NCBI GenBank assembly: GCA_043228905.1
Contig: JBHGNT010000118.1
Span: forward strand, 13,207-77,206
Direction of reading: 5' to 3'
From: Azolla caroliniana
Lineage: Eukaryota > Plantae > Polypodiophyta
Length of the DNA: 64,000 bases
Below the pieces are notes generated by a model. That model worked only from the letters and a program-made list of their open reading frames with translations, was not told where the DNA came from and searched no databases. A program made the translations under genes and the position numbers. Positions within the stretch are counted from its first letter, which is position 1. Each line of letters starts with the position of its first letter. Positions 39,637-51,538 of the stretch are shown here, piece by piece.

Positions 39637-41104
39637 GCGGATGACTTGAAAGCCAAAGAGAGATAAAGAATTCAAAGAGAACGACGCGAGAGCTCTTGCT
39701 TATTTCTCCATGTTAATCTACTCGAGAAGCCATGGAAACGTTGTAAACAAGGTCGAGGTTAGCAAATGGAGCGTGAACAACCCGAGCATGAGCACGGCGG
39801 GTGGCCTCGTTAAGTAGTATGGATGTTCCTACCTACTCGGCGCACGTCAATGTGTCTGCCTCGTTCGTTCTTGCTACGGACTTGGAGCGGGAGAACACCC
39901 TCTTGTGGGCAACGCGAGAGAGAGGGCGACCTGATTATTCTTGAGCATGGCGACATACCACATTGGCTCGCTAGGAAACCGTCTTCCTCACCTTGGCGCG
40001 TCGAGGCCTTGTGTCACCCGTTGGACTCGGGTCGCCGCTTCTATGGTTGCACCGAACTGGGAAAATGATCGACGATAGTTTCACACCAGTTTCCGTTCCC
40101 TTTCGGGAACCCTCAAACGCTATATGGTACGTGCCACAAACCTCGGGAAGCGACCCCCCCTCGAAACTAGGTCATACGGCCTCCAGCCCGATGACGTGCG
40201 GACGTGGAAGGTTTGTCGACTAGCAAACAACCCGAGCCTTGCAGCATTCCGAGAACGTTGTCATTCGTTACAGCGAGGACCTTCCTGTTTCTTCTCCGTT
40301 GACGTTGCATTGGAAAGGAAAGGGGAACAAGAGAACGCATTTCAACCGTTTTGTTTTGATCAGGGGTTGTTGGTGCGCGTCATTTGGCTCACGCTAAATC
40401 TCAAAGGCTGCAGCTAGAGTTTTGACGATGTTAAAAGGTGGTTACGTATCCCACCGATCTATGGCTTTGTTCGGTAAAACCTGCAAGGCGAGACGATGTT
40501 GCCAGGATGTTTGGTCGGGAAGACGAGTCCGCAACCTTGGATGGATTGGTAGATGGAGGGTAAATTGCACCAACATTGTCAACGGTAAGTTCTAACGTGT
40601 TGCATTGAACGTCGTGCCGTAACGGCTCCCGTCGAAAGCAAAAGAAAGACGTGAAAGAGAGCATCAAGTCTGATGCGCGGTTGCGGGGAATGTTGCAGCG
40701 TGGTTGGAATTCTCAATTGCGGTTTCCGTCCAAGGTGCTCATACGTACAACCGTAATGCGTGGTCTTCCTCTGCGTTATTCCAGGTGACACGAGTCTCGA
40801 GTAAGCGTCGGTCATTCCCAAGAACTTGAACCGCAGATTTGACCAGTAAGCGAGCAGATACCTATTACATCCGACTTTGACGTGATCGCCAAATGTATTC
40901 GGAAGCCCCAAGTAAGGCACCGTCATGGCAGTCACTTCGCAGGCTCATTCCTCTTAACCTTCCACACGTGCGCGGTTAGCAATCCCTAAAGAACTCCTCG
41001 AACGAAGCTCGGGCGGTAACGTCTTGAATAAGGACCCACGCAAGGAGGCGAGGGAAACAAGATCGTAGCGGTGGTTTTGACGTACAGCTAATTCAACCGC
41101 GCGG

Positions 41105-41176
41105 TATCAGAGCGAGGTTTCGATCCTCGGACCTGTGGGTTATGGGCCCACCACGCTTCCGCTGCGCCACTCTGAT
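41105..41176 (-). tRNA. tRNA-iMet(CAT): Initiator tRNA-Met (CAT), copy 27
   Basis: Same sequence as copy 1. Confidence 0.97.
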
Positions 41177-42859
41177 GCGGATGACTTGAAAGCCAAAGAG
41201 AGATAAAGAATTCAAAGAGAACGACGCGAGAGCTCTTGCTTATTTCTCCATGTTAATCTACTCGAGAAGCCATGGAAACGTTGTAAACAAGGTCGAGGTT
41301 AGCAAATGGAGCGTGAACAACCCGAGCATGAGCACGGCGGGTGGCCTCGTTAAGTAGTATGGATGTTCCTACCTACTCGGCGCACGTCAATGTGTCTGCC
41401 TCGTTCGTTCTTGCTACGGACTTGGAGCGGGAGAACACCCTCTTGTGGGCAACGCGAGAGAGAGGGCGACCTGATTATTCTTGAGCATGGCGACATACCA
41501 CATTGGCTCGCTAGGAAACCGTCTTCCTCACCTTGGCGCGTCGAGGCCTTGTGTCACCCGTTGGACTCGGGTCGCCGCTTCTATGGTTGCACCGAACTGG
41601 GAAAATGATCGACGATAGTTTCACACCAGTTTCCGTTCCCTTTCGGGAACCCTCAAACGCTATATGGTACGTGCCACAAACCTCGGGAAGCGACCCCCCC
41701 CTCGAAACTAGGTCATACGGCCTCCAGCCCGATGACGTGCGGACGTGGAAGGTTTGTCGACTAGCAAACAACCCGAGCCTTGCAGCATTCCGAGAACGTT
41801 GTCATTCGTTACAGCGAGGACCTTCTTGTTTCTTCTCCGTTGACGTTGCATTGGAAAGGAAAGGGGAACAAGAGAACGCATTTCAACCGTTTTGTTTTGA
41901 TCAGGGGTTGTTGGTGCGCATCATTTGGCTCACGCTAAATCTCAAAGGCTGCAGCTATGGGTTAATTAGGTAATTAACTATGGGTTAATTAGTATCTGTT
42001 TATATGAGTAGTTAATCATGTATGCAACGGAAGACTAAATGATATGTGTGTGTATGTGAGAGGAAGTAGGAATTACACTTGTGAACAATTAAACAATGGA
42101 GGATGACTAACAAGAGAGTAACTTTAGAACTGTTTTTGATAATAGACGACATCAAGTTACAAAAGTACCCAGGACAAGGTATATATACATCTAATGTGTA
42201 AGGGTGCAAATGTGAGTAGAGAATATAGGTAGAAGGTGCAAGTCCTATATTAAATGAGTTTGGTAGTGGGATATATAGAATGTTTTATACTTAAGAACGA
42301 AGTACGAAATCCTATTTAAGACTTAATAGTGGATACACTAACTAGATTCTATTTATGCAACCAATAAGTTATATGACCGAGAAAATAAGTAAACCTCGTT
42401 GGAGTGTGATATCTCAACACTATCAATCAAACCTAAATGGGTTCTCTTAAAACACAAACATTCGAACTTACTAATAAGAAGTTTTTGAGGTTCAATACCA
42501 ATAACATTGGGGTCAAGGTAGAAAGTCATTGTTTCTACCAATAGAACATGAACAAGTTATCTTGGAACACAAAGCATCCGACCCCATAATACGAAGCTTT
42601 TATGATATGGTACCATTGGAAGCTCTTTCGGTATGAATGGCAGGTGAGTAGATTCTAAGATATGGAACTGAGGGGGCTCTATTTTGGTCAAAATGTTCTT
42701 CTTTAAAACCTAAACTCAGGTGCGAAAAAGCACTAGGAGATTTTTTGCTTCCTCCTTCAAATGTGAAAGCGCCCGGGTGTTTTTGAATTCACATTTTTCC
42801 CTCCCAAAATCGAATGCAAATCGTGTGTTTCTTCTTAGAGCCCCGTGCTCCGTTAGATC

Positions 42860-42990
42860 TCCCCCTTGATCGGACGACACAGATGGAAGTCATCCAGGAT
42901 CGATCCGGACTAATTTAAATTGACACCGTCCGATCTGATCGTTCGCATCGGACCGTTGACAGATGCTCCAGGAGCCTTTATATATAATCG
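42860..42990 (+). promoter_or_regulatory. Histone H4 promoter (CCGTCC/CCGTT-GATC-type motifs, TATA box)
   Basis: CACCGTCCGATC, GGACCGTTG and TTTATATATAA about 110 bp upstream of the ATG; related motifs occur upstream of the second H4. Confidence 0.55.
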
Positions 42991-43073
42991 CAAACAGAGG
43001 TGCTGTTATTCATCTTCTTCATCTTTTGAGTTGTTTATCTGTCTGTAGTTCATAAAGGTTATATCTGTGTTGA

Positions 43074-43403
<330 letters not shown>

Positions 43404-43437
43404 ACAGTTTTGTCTATATATTCCATCTGTCTTTACT

Positions 43438-43476
43438 GGTGTTTTTTAACACCACCATTGTTCTGTGATTCTGTTC
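43438..43476 (+). promoter_or_regulatory. Histone 3' stem-loop-like element plus conserved downstream element
   Basis: GGTGTT-TTTT-AACACC-ACCA begins 34 nt after the stop codon; TGTGATTCTGTTC starts at 43464. Confidence 0.75.
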
Positions 43477-44448
43477 TCATTTGCATTCACTTAGTTTGAT
43501 ACTGGCTGGGTTGATCTTTCTCTGATTTCATTACTGTGGTTTAAATTATGGCCTATCCAATTTTCGGTAATGTGATTTAAATTATGATATTTTATCTGCT
43601 TAATCTGTATGAACCGAAAAAGGATAGTGTATTGTTGAGGGTAATATATGGATGTAATGATCTGATCTAATGTTGAAAACTTTGTGGTCCTGCGCTGTGT
43701 TATGATTTCTAATCACAGTATAGCTCTTCTTTCTTTAATCTTCGTGTTTTTTGAGTTGGAACATTCTTTCTATTACCGTATTATCACTGGAATTAAGAAA
43801 TCTGCGCATGAGAATAGTGACATGGTGACTGACATCTGCGTTTTGATCCTGGGCAAATATCAGGCGTAGGACTACGTATCATCACTTTGCTTTTAGAAGT
43901 CATTCTGAATTTGCGAAACATTTGCTGTCTCATGATTCCGTTGTTTATTCTTATCCGCTGTGGCATCGGAGATTTGGATTGGATACCTGCATTCATGTGC
44001 TAATGCAGTATACCAGTAAACATTTGGTGGATTGGTTTGTGATGTTAAGTCAAGAATGGAGGAATGGTTAGCATTAACCTGTAATAGTCATTTCTTTTTT
44101 GCTAACCCGAATATTTTTGCAATTTATAAACACGGGCAGATTGATTACGATGAAAGATTAAGCTTTATTCTATTCCGAACTATTGGTATATGAATACTAT
44201 CATCAAACATTTAGGGGCATGGCTTCGTGCAGAGAGTTTCAGCTCTCCCAGCAGTATAATTCATGTCTGTAGATGGGACACATAAATGGGATAACGAATT
44301 CGATGGATTCCTGTTATATATTCAATTCTCTGGGAATGGGAATTGCTGTACACGAATGGGGACAGATCCTATGGAATGGCATTCATTAGGTCACTATAAG
44401 GAAGCAGTAGTTGAATACCATCATAATATGAAAGGACATCTTTCCACA

Positions 44449-44517
44449 CAAGACCAAGACTACCCAAGACCGAGACTAAATCTAAAAGACTAAGACTAAG
44501 ACCAAGACCAAGACCAA
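44449..44517. repeat. Degenerate (AAGACC/AAGACT)n hexamer microsatellite
   Basis: aagaccaagac...aagactaagactaagaccaagaccaagacc. Confidence 0.7.
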
Positions 44518-45535
44518 TGGCAAGAGTTTTAAGTAAAGACATTTCTGTGGTAGGGAAAAGACTCAATCATGTGACAAACAAGGTATAGAGAAGGGAACTT
44601 GATTTTGTAGGCATCAATGATCAACTCCACAAGGAGAGACATGGGGGGATTGGTCACGCGGACACAAAGTAATGAACTAAAGAAGATGACACATTCTTGT
44701 TGATAGGCACATTAAAGCATTGGTGACCCGTGACCACTTGAATTGGTATGGAATCATTGACTTGTTTGTATTGGTGGGTGCATTGAAGCATTGACAATGG
44801 ACATCATAGGCCTCAATGATGCATTCCGTAGGGAGAGATATTGGAGGTGGGGCATGTGCACACAAGTCACGACGAGAAGAAGATGATGCATTTGGATTCA
44901 TCGGTGCACAGAAGCATTGGTGACCCAGGACTCGAGGACCTTGAAGAAAAAGACAAATTTGTAACAACAATCACGGTTTTGATTAGATGCCAATGGTAAT
45001 GGTAGCTATTGCCAAGGATACTTATACCTGTCGAGCGCTTTGCAAATATATTGAAACATCATAGAATTTTCTATTTCTAGGAAAAACTTGGAAGTACCCA
45101 AACCTTGAAAAATTGCAAGCATATACATCCCTTGCATTCTCCCCAAAGCTTTGAAATGGTCCAAAGTATGTATGAGCATGCACAAATATGCCATCAGCCA
45201 AAGTTTTGGAATAGGCCATAGTACATACGAATGAGCACACAAACGGTTGGGCAAGCCGATTATCCCCATGGTGTTTGCTTAGACGAGAACTCCTTCTGTA
45301 ATGAAAGAAGAACGGTGATGTAATAGTACACAACCATTTAATCACATGCAATCGTTGACGAGTTCAGGTGACGAAGATATGAAGTAAATCTCGTTTCTAG
45401 ATCGATGCAAAAGTCTTGAGATGTGATATGTAAAATTTGTAATGGTTGGTTCAAGTCCATGATTCTGGTCTCGTTTGCCTCTACAAATGTGGCGATCAAC
45501 TACACTTGGAACCAATATCTCTATGAGAGGAATTG

Positions 45536-45560
45536 GGAGGGGGCGGGGGGGGGGGGGGGG
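45536..45560. repeat. Poly-G tract
   Basis: gggagggggc followed by a long G run. Confidence 0.85.
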
Positions 45561-45619
45561 TATGGGGTGCAATTTGTTTAAACCCTGCAAAACGTACCAA
45601 TGCCATTCAATATGTATTA

Positions 45620-45795
45620 AAGAAGACGAAGAAGAAAAACCCCATTGTTTTCTTCTTCTTCTTCTTCTTCTTTGGATTTGAAGAAGTGGGAGTGAGAGAG
45701 AAAGAAAGAAAGAAATATTAGAGAGAGATAGAGTCTCCATTCATTCTAAAACAACTTTGAAGAAGAAAAGAAGAAGAAGAAGAAGAAGGAAGAGA
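45620..45795. repeat. (GAA)n/(CTT)n microsatellites, partly inverted relative to each other
   Basis: gaagaagaaaaac-cccatt-gttttcttcttcttc..., then aagaagaagaag... Confidence 0.8.
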
Positions 45796-45819
45796 ATGAA
45801 ACACCTCTTCGCGAGTGAT

Positions 45820-46006
45820 CTTGGACCGTCCGATGGGCATCGGCTCTCATTTTGTTCGATCACACGGCAGGCAGGCTAATGAATGGAAAAGGAGGGCGGA
45901 TCGATCCGAGACAAAAGATATGTCCACCGTTGGATCATGTCCTGATGGAGGCTAGAAGAAAGGACGGTCCAGATTGATCGTTCCAGGCGACACCACTGTA
46001 TAAATT
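45820..46006 (+). promoter_or_regulatory. Histone H4 promoter (GGACCGTCCGAT, CCACCGTTGGATC, GGACGGTCC, TATAAA)
   Basis: Motifs related to those of the first H4 promoter; TATA box about 120 bp upstream of the ATG. Confidence 0.55.
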
Positions 46007-46065
46007 CTAAAAGAAGGAGAGGCAGGAAACAGAAAACACACAGAGAAAGCTCGCCATCGCCATAG

Positions 46066-46434
<369 letters not shown>

Positions 46435-46475
46435 TCTGGTTCCTACCATCTACTGTTGTTCCCCTACTGTTCTTT

Positions 46476-46514
46476 GGTGTTTTTCAACACCACCAATGAT
46501 GTGCGATTCTGTTC
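46476..46514 (+). promoter_or_regulatory. Histone 3' stem-loop-like element plus conserved downstream element
   Basis: GGTGTT-TTTC-AACACC-ACCAA begins 41 nt after the stop codon; TGCGATTCTGTTC starts at 46502. Confidence 0.78.
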
Positions 46515-47659
46515 ACTCTGTGCTAGGCTGACTTAAAGGGCTGTTTATGTGCAAAACAGAGAGTGAAATTCTGTCTATGTATATATGTATATGTTTTCTT
46601 GTCTGTCTGTCCATCTGTATGCGATGGTTTGCTGCGGATTTGTTTATACATTTGCGTCTGGAAAACATGTAAGGAGCCTGGCAAATGTTTTGCCTGTAAG
46701 ATATGGAAGGGTTGGTTGTAACGTAAATCGCTCAATTGATCTTGATGTGGATTGAGGTTTCTAATCTTCATGTTCTGATTTGGTAATACCTTGATATTAC
46801 AGGTTTTAAAATGCCATGTATCTCGATCTTCATACTAATCTCTCCCAAGGACTAGACTGTTTTGTTACCTCAGTCTCTCTTCAAGAAAGAGCACATTGTT
46901 ACTGCAAATCTCTTTTACAGCTTGTGTTGCTACAATTCCTCTTTGAATACCAAGTTTTTGATTTAGCTATATTTCCATTAATGGCACACATATTTGGCAA
47001 ACGTTCACATCGGGAAGGGCATGTGCTTAAATCAAACACCTCTGCTTAACAGATCATACTTGTTAGTTGTTTCCAACCTTTCTTTGATAGGAAAACACTT
47101 GGTACAATCTCTCCATACGAGTGGTCATAAGGATACTCAGATTATATCACTACATGTGGGGCTGCGTATACGGTATGAACTGAATACATCTACCTTTCTG
47201 AAGATATAGGATGTATGATGAAACAACGTAAAGTTAAAACTAGTTGCAAACGTAATGAAATCCACTTTTATACTCGCTATGCTGATTTGTTCTTGGTGTT
47301 CTGCTCTGATGACATTGTCAGATCTAAGGCATAGAATTTGCAGAGGATGTGTTCCACTTTATACTTCACGGGAATTCTCTTTAAAAGCGGCCACAGTATT
47401 GCTTTAATGTCTCCTTGAGGACTGTACATTACTGCAATTTCTCTCGTTAATGCTACTTTAGTGGAGTGAGGATAACGTTACTTTAATCTCTCCTGTGTAA
47501 ATTACGCGTACAGTATCCTCTTTTGATGTGTAGACAAGCGAAACCTAAACACCAAAAGGTTTGTCTATTAAAAGTCTGGGGGCAGGGAAATCTGTTGCCT
47601 TTGAAATTCGAGACTTTTGAAGGCACATTTGTATGGACGATAATGAGAGTGTATGATTT

Positions 47660-48039
47660 ATCATGATTACATAAGATCTAACAATTGAGTATGAATCATC
47701 TACACTAATCATGATTACATTTGATCCAACAATTGAGTATGAATCATCTACACTCATCATGATTACATTTGATCTAACAAATGAGTATGAATTATCTACA
47801 CTCATCATGATTACATTTGATCCAACAATTGAGTATGAATCATCTACACTCATCTTGATTACATTTGATCCAACAATTGAGTATGAATCATCTACACTCA
47901 TCTTGATTACATTTGATCCAACAATTGAGTATGAATCATCTACACTCATCATGATTACATTTGATCCAACAATTGAGTATGAATCATCTACACTCACCAT
48001 GATTACATTTGATCTAACAATTGAGTATGAATCATCTAC
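47660..48039. repeat. 48-bp minisatellite, about 8 copies
   Basis: Unit resembles CATCATGATTACATTTGATCCAACAATTGAGTATGAATCATCTACACT; TCTACA recurs every 48 bp, giving 16-aa repeats in ORFs on both strands. Confidence 0.95.
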
Positions 48040-48223
48040 AAAATGCAAGAGTTGAGAGATAGTTAATCAGAGAGGAATTTGTTAAATCGAATTCCTCATA
48101 TGACCCAAGGGACATGAAAGTAGTTCTAAGAAAAATGGAGGCAATATGCATATCTTTGTAATATATTGGAGTAAGAAGCATGGTTTCATAATGTCTCCCT
48201 GCATTATTCTCCTTTCTGAATGC

Positions 48224-48230
<7 letters not shown>

Positions 48231-48284
<54 letters not shown>

Positions 48285-48300
48285 GAGAGAGAGAAAGAGA
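48231..48300. repeat. (GA)n microsatellite upstream of the PPR gene
   Basis: Long gagaga run. Confidence 0.95.
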
Positions 48301-48359
48301 ACAAACAGAAGTATTTTCTCTTCAGGTCACCTGGACCTTAGAAGAAGTAATGGGGTGAA

Positions 48360-48422
48360 AGGGTTTGAAATTTAAGGGTTATTATTTAGGATTTAGGGTT
48401 AGCATTTTATGGCTTAGGGTTT
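48360..48422. promoter_or_regulatory. Telo-box-like (TAGGGTT/TTTAGGG) motifs just 5' of the PPR ORF
   Basis: AGGGTTT, TTTAGGGTT and TTAGGGTTT cluster within about 60 bp. Confidence 0.4.
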
Positions 48423-48460
48423 GAGATTGACGGTTTTGCTTACGCTGCCTTGACCAGGGG

Positions 48461-50413
48461 ATGGTAGTTCTGTCTTCTGTTGAGAATCTTGCCTATATAT
48501 TAAGAAAATACTCACTAGAGCCATATAAAACCAATGGTTTTCTCCTTTCATTTTACCCTTACCTTCACCAATGTGGCAGAGCAGCTCATACATTGCTCGG
48601 AAATCAAATCATGGAAACATTTGGCCAAAATGACTTCAAAAAATTGGCCTCTCCGAATGAATTCTGGTATGATTCACTAATAACTAGTTATATACAAAAT
48701 GCGCAATGGAAAGATGCTTTTGAACTATGTGTGAAATTGCCTTTGGGTTCTCTATTACATCTAGATGAACGTGCATTTGTTTTCTTGTTGAAAGCATGTG
48801 CATCTGTAAGACAGGCAACATTTGGTTGCAGAATTCATGCTCATCTTGGTTCGAAGGAAACCAATATTTTCGTTGGAACTGCGCTTATAGACATGTATGC
48901 TAAATGTGGTATGCTTGAAAAAACACGAGATATCTTTGATAAACTTATTGATCGAGATGTGGTCACTTGGAATGCTTTGATTTCTGGATATGCCCAGCAT
49001 GCATGCGGTGAAGAAGCTCTCGAATGTTATGAAAAGATGCAAGTTCAAGGTATCTCTCCGGATTCTGTAACATTTGCTTGCACCTTGAAAGCATGTGGAA
49101 GCATTGGAGCGAAAGTTAAAGGAGCACAAATACATGCTGATGTTGAAAGAAGAGGATTATTTGGTAATATCATCGTTGGAAATGCATTAGTAGACATGTA
49201 TGCGAAATGTGGGTCACTTACGAAAGCACAAGATGTGTTTAACATGCTTCCTTTCCGTAATGTGGTCTCATGGACAGCATTGATTGGAGGATATGCACAA
49301 TATAATCAAGGTCAAGAAGCATTGAATTGTTTCGAACAAATGAAATCACAAGGTCTCTCTCCAGATGCTATCACATATGCGTGTTGCTTGAAAGCATGTG
49401 GTAGCCTTGGTGCTCTAGACATAGGTACAGAGATGCATTCAGATATTGAAAGACAAAGGTCGTTGAAAAGAGGCCTTCTGGTTAGTAATGCACTTATTGA
49501 TATGTATGCCAAGTGTGGTTTTCTTGTAAAAGCACAAGAAGTGTTTGACATGCTTCCGATTCGCGATGTAATCTCTTGGACTACATTGATTTCAGGTTAT
49601 GTTCAACAAGATCAAGGAGAAGAAGCCATTGAATGTTTTGAAAAAATGAAGGTGCAAGATGTATTGCCAAATGATGTCACATTTTCATGTATAATGAAAG
49701 CCTGTGGAGCCATTGGAGCACTAGACAAGGGCAAAGAAATACATGCTGAGATTGAACAAAAAGGGTTATTGATGAGAAGCCAACTTATTGGCAATGCTTT
49801 GGTTGACATGTATGCCAAGTGCGGCATGCTAATAAAAGCTCGGGAAGTGTTTGAAAACCTTCCTGCTCGTGATGTGGTCTCGTGGACTGTACTAATTACA
49901 GGATATGCTCAAGTTGGAGAGGTCAACAACGTTCTTGCCATCTTTGATAGAATGCTTGGTGAAGGTACCAAGCCAAACCTTGTTACATTTGTTGGCATAC
50001 TTAATGTATGTAGCCATTCAGGTCTTATAGATATGGGGCTCTCATACATTGAAGCAATGAAGAATGAGTATGGTTTAACACCGACTCTTGAACATCATAC
50101 ATGTATAGTTGATATTCTTGGACGTGCAGGGCAGATAGATAAGGCTGTGAGAGTAATGAAGAGAATGCCATCATATCCTAATATTGTTTTATGGTTGACC
50201 ATACTGGGTGCTTGTAAAAAGTGGGGGAATGTGGAGCTTGGGAGCCATGCTTTTGAACAAGCATTGCTATTGGATGAAAAGGAGACGTCGGCCTATGTTT
50301 CCATGTACAACATCTCTATTGAATTCAGCATTCAAGCCAATGCTGAAGAGGTGGAAGCAATGAGATTGACGGGAATAAAAATGGAAGCTCCAAATATGTT
50401 GTTTGTGGATTAA
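48461..50413 (+). CDS. PLS-class pentatricopeptide repeat protein with C-terminal E-type domain and no DYW (probable organellar RNA-editing factor)
   Basis: 650-aa ORF with repeated 'ALIDMYAKCG..A..VFD....RDVVSWxALIxGYAQ....EAL..FE.M...G.SPD.VTF...LKACG' triplets. It ends with 'HHTCIVDILGRAG...WLTILGACKKWGNVELG' and lacks HxE/CxxC/DYW. Confidence 0.95.
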   Translation: MVVLSSVENLAYILRKYSLEPYKTNGFLLSFYPYLHQCGRAAHTLLGNQIMETFGQNDFKKLASPNEFWYDSLITSYIQNAQWKDAFELCVKLPLGSLLHLDERAFVFLLKACASVRQATFGCRIHAHLGSKETNIFVGTALIDMYAKCGMLEKTRDIFDKLIDRDVVTWNALISGYAQHACGEEALECYEKMQVQGISPDSVTFACTLKACGSIGAKVKGAQIHADVERRGLFGNIIVGNALVDMYAKCGSLTKAQDVFNMLPFRNVVSWTALIGGYAQYNQGQEALNCFEQMKSQGLSPDAITYACCLKACGSLGALDIGTEMHSDIERQRSLKRGLLVSNALIDMYAKCGFLVKAQEVFDMLPIRDVISWTTLISGYVQQDQGEEAIECFEKMKVQDVLPNDVTFSCIMKACGAIGALDKGKEIHAEIEQKGLLMRSQLIGNALVDMYAKCGMLIKAREVFENLPARDVVSWTVLITGYAQVGEVNNVLAIFDRMLGEGTKPNLVTFVGILNVCSHSGLIDMGLSYIEAMKNEYGLTPTLEHHTCIVDILGRAGQIDKAVRVMKRMPSYPNIVLWLTILGACKKWGNVELGSHAFEQALLLDEKETSAYVSMYNISIEFSIQANAEEVEAMRLTGIKMEAPNMLFVD

Positions 50414-51072
50414 TGAGATTTTGAATGTCTTTCAGTGGAGTGTCAGAAAAAATTATGAATCCTCACCAATACATAACAAAACTGGTTACGAGTTACATGG
50501 TATCCCTATCCCATTCATACTTATCATAAACAAATAAAAGACACCTCATACCTTATTTGTTTAAAAAAATCAATGTAAAAAGGCAGTTTAATGCATCTGA
50601 TCTGTTGCAAGTATCAGAATAGAACTAAATCTTATTTGGCTTCGAATTTAAATGGTACTCAACCAAAATATATCTTATGGAAGTTTAAAAAAAATTGTGA
50701 ACTTGGTTTTTTTGTATATATTTAGTAACATGATATTTCCATAGAACTTGGACTAAACAGGAATACACTGCAAAATAAGATGCTTAGATAACAAAGCAAA
50801 ATAACAAAAACATGGATACCTCCCATATAACTGTGGTTTTTTTTATTGTGTGATAATATCCCATGTGAACAACAATGCAAACTAACCCAGATGTGTCCAT
50901 GAGAATAGGAAACAGACAGACCCAGCCCTATTATCTCCTTCATATCATATATATTTCAAGTGCAAAAGATATGCATTATCCTTGTTATCAACCTGCAATC
51001 TTCCACTCTTCTAGTGCACATCTCAGGTTTGACATTCAATAATTAATAGTTTTATGTACAAGATGAGTGTTA

Positions 51073-51538
51073 ACAAGACCTTTACTGCTGGAAGTTGCCA
51101 GAAAACAGTTCCAAGTTACACAAATCACTGCAGCAATAAGGAAAGAATCTAATAATGATTTTTCCCAAAAGAGGGCTGAGTCTTCTGCCCAAATTCTTTT
51201 ATGTACAAGATGGGCGTCAACAAGATAGATTACAAGACCTTTATTACTGGAAATTTCCAGAAAACAGTTCAAGTTACACAAATCTCTGGAGAAATAAGAA
51301 AAGAATCTAATAATGATTTCCCAAAAGAGCTGGGCTGAGTTTTCTTTCCCAATTTCTTTATCATATTTCATGATTCTAATGTACATGGAAAAACAGCCAT
51401 GATATAAATTACAAGACCTTCAAAACTGGAAAATTGCCCAAAATTGCTGCATCTGTAACCAAACAACTTTTGCATATCTCCGCAGCAAGAAGAATAGAAT
51501 CTAACAATGCTTCTCCAAAAAGAGCTGCTAAGTCTTTT
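51073..51538. repeat. Three diverged tandem copies of the 3' end of the last coding exon (one coding, two downstream)
   Basis: ACAAGACCTT...GGAA...AGAATCTAA.AATG.TT..CCAAAA.AG starts at about 51073, 51232 and 51411. Confidence 0.75.

Larger units (their letters stand above)
1..41957. repeat. Tandem array of a 1540-bp unit: 27 full periods plus a ~377-bp partial period, each full period with one tRNA-iMet gene; open at window start
   Basis: Sequence and ORF track recur at an exact 1540-bp period (e.g. ORFs at 84, 1624, 3164 ... 40124). Identity ends after ...GCAGCTA at 41957. Confidence 0.99.

Noticed and set aside
1-41957. CRISPR array or 5S/45S rDNA
   Set aside because: Units are identical with no variable spacers, and the context is eukaryotic. 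Only a very short AGTAGTA..GGATG resemblance to the 5S box C (~1313-1325) is present, with no rRNA body.
84-41973. Recurring 76-146 aa ORFs in the array
   Set aside because: They overlap on both strands, have no recognisable domains, and are expected by chance in GC-rich DNA. The 146-aa ORF arises only from a 1-bp insertion in the edge unit.
45006-45351. Possible Gypsy integrase C-terminal remnant between the H4 genes
   Set aside because: Only a weak 'YFGPF' similarity across frameshifts; not supportable by eye
48360-48422. Interstitial telomere
   Set aside because: Only scattered, non-tandem TTTAGGG-like motifs; better explained as telo-box-like promoter/UTR motifs
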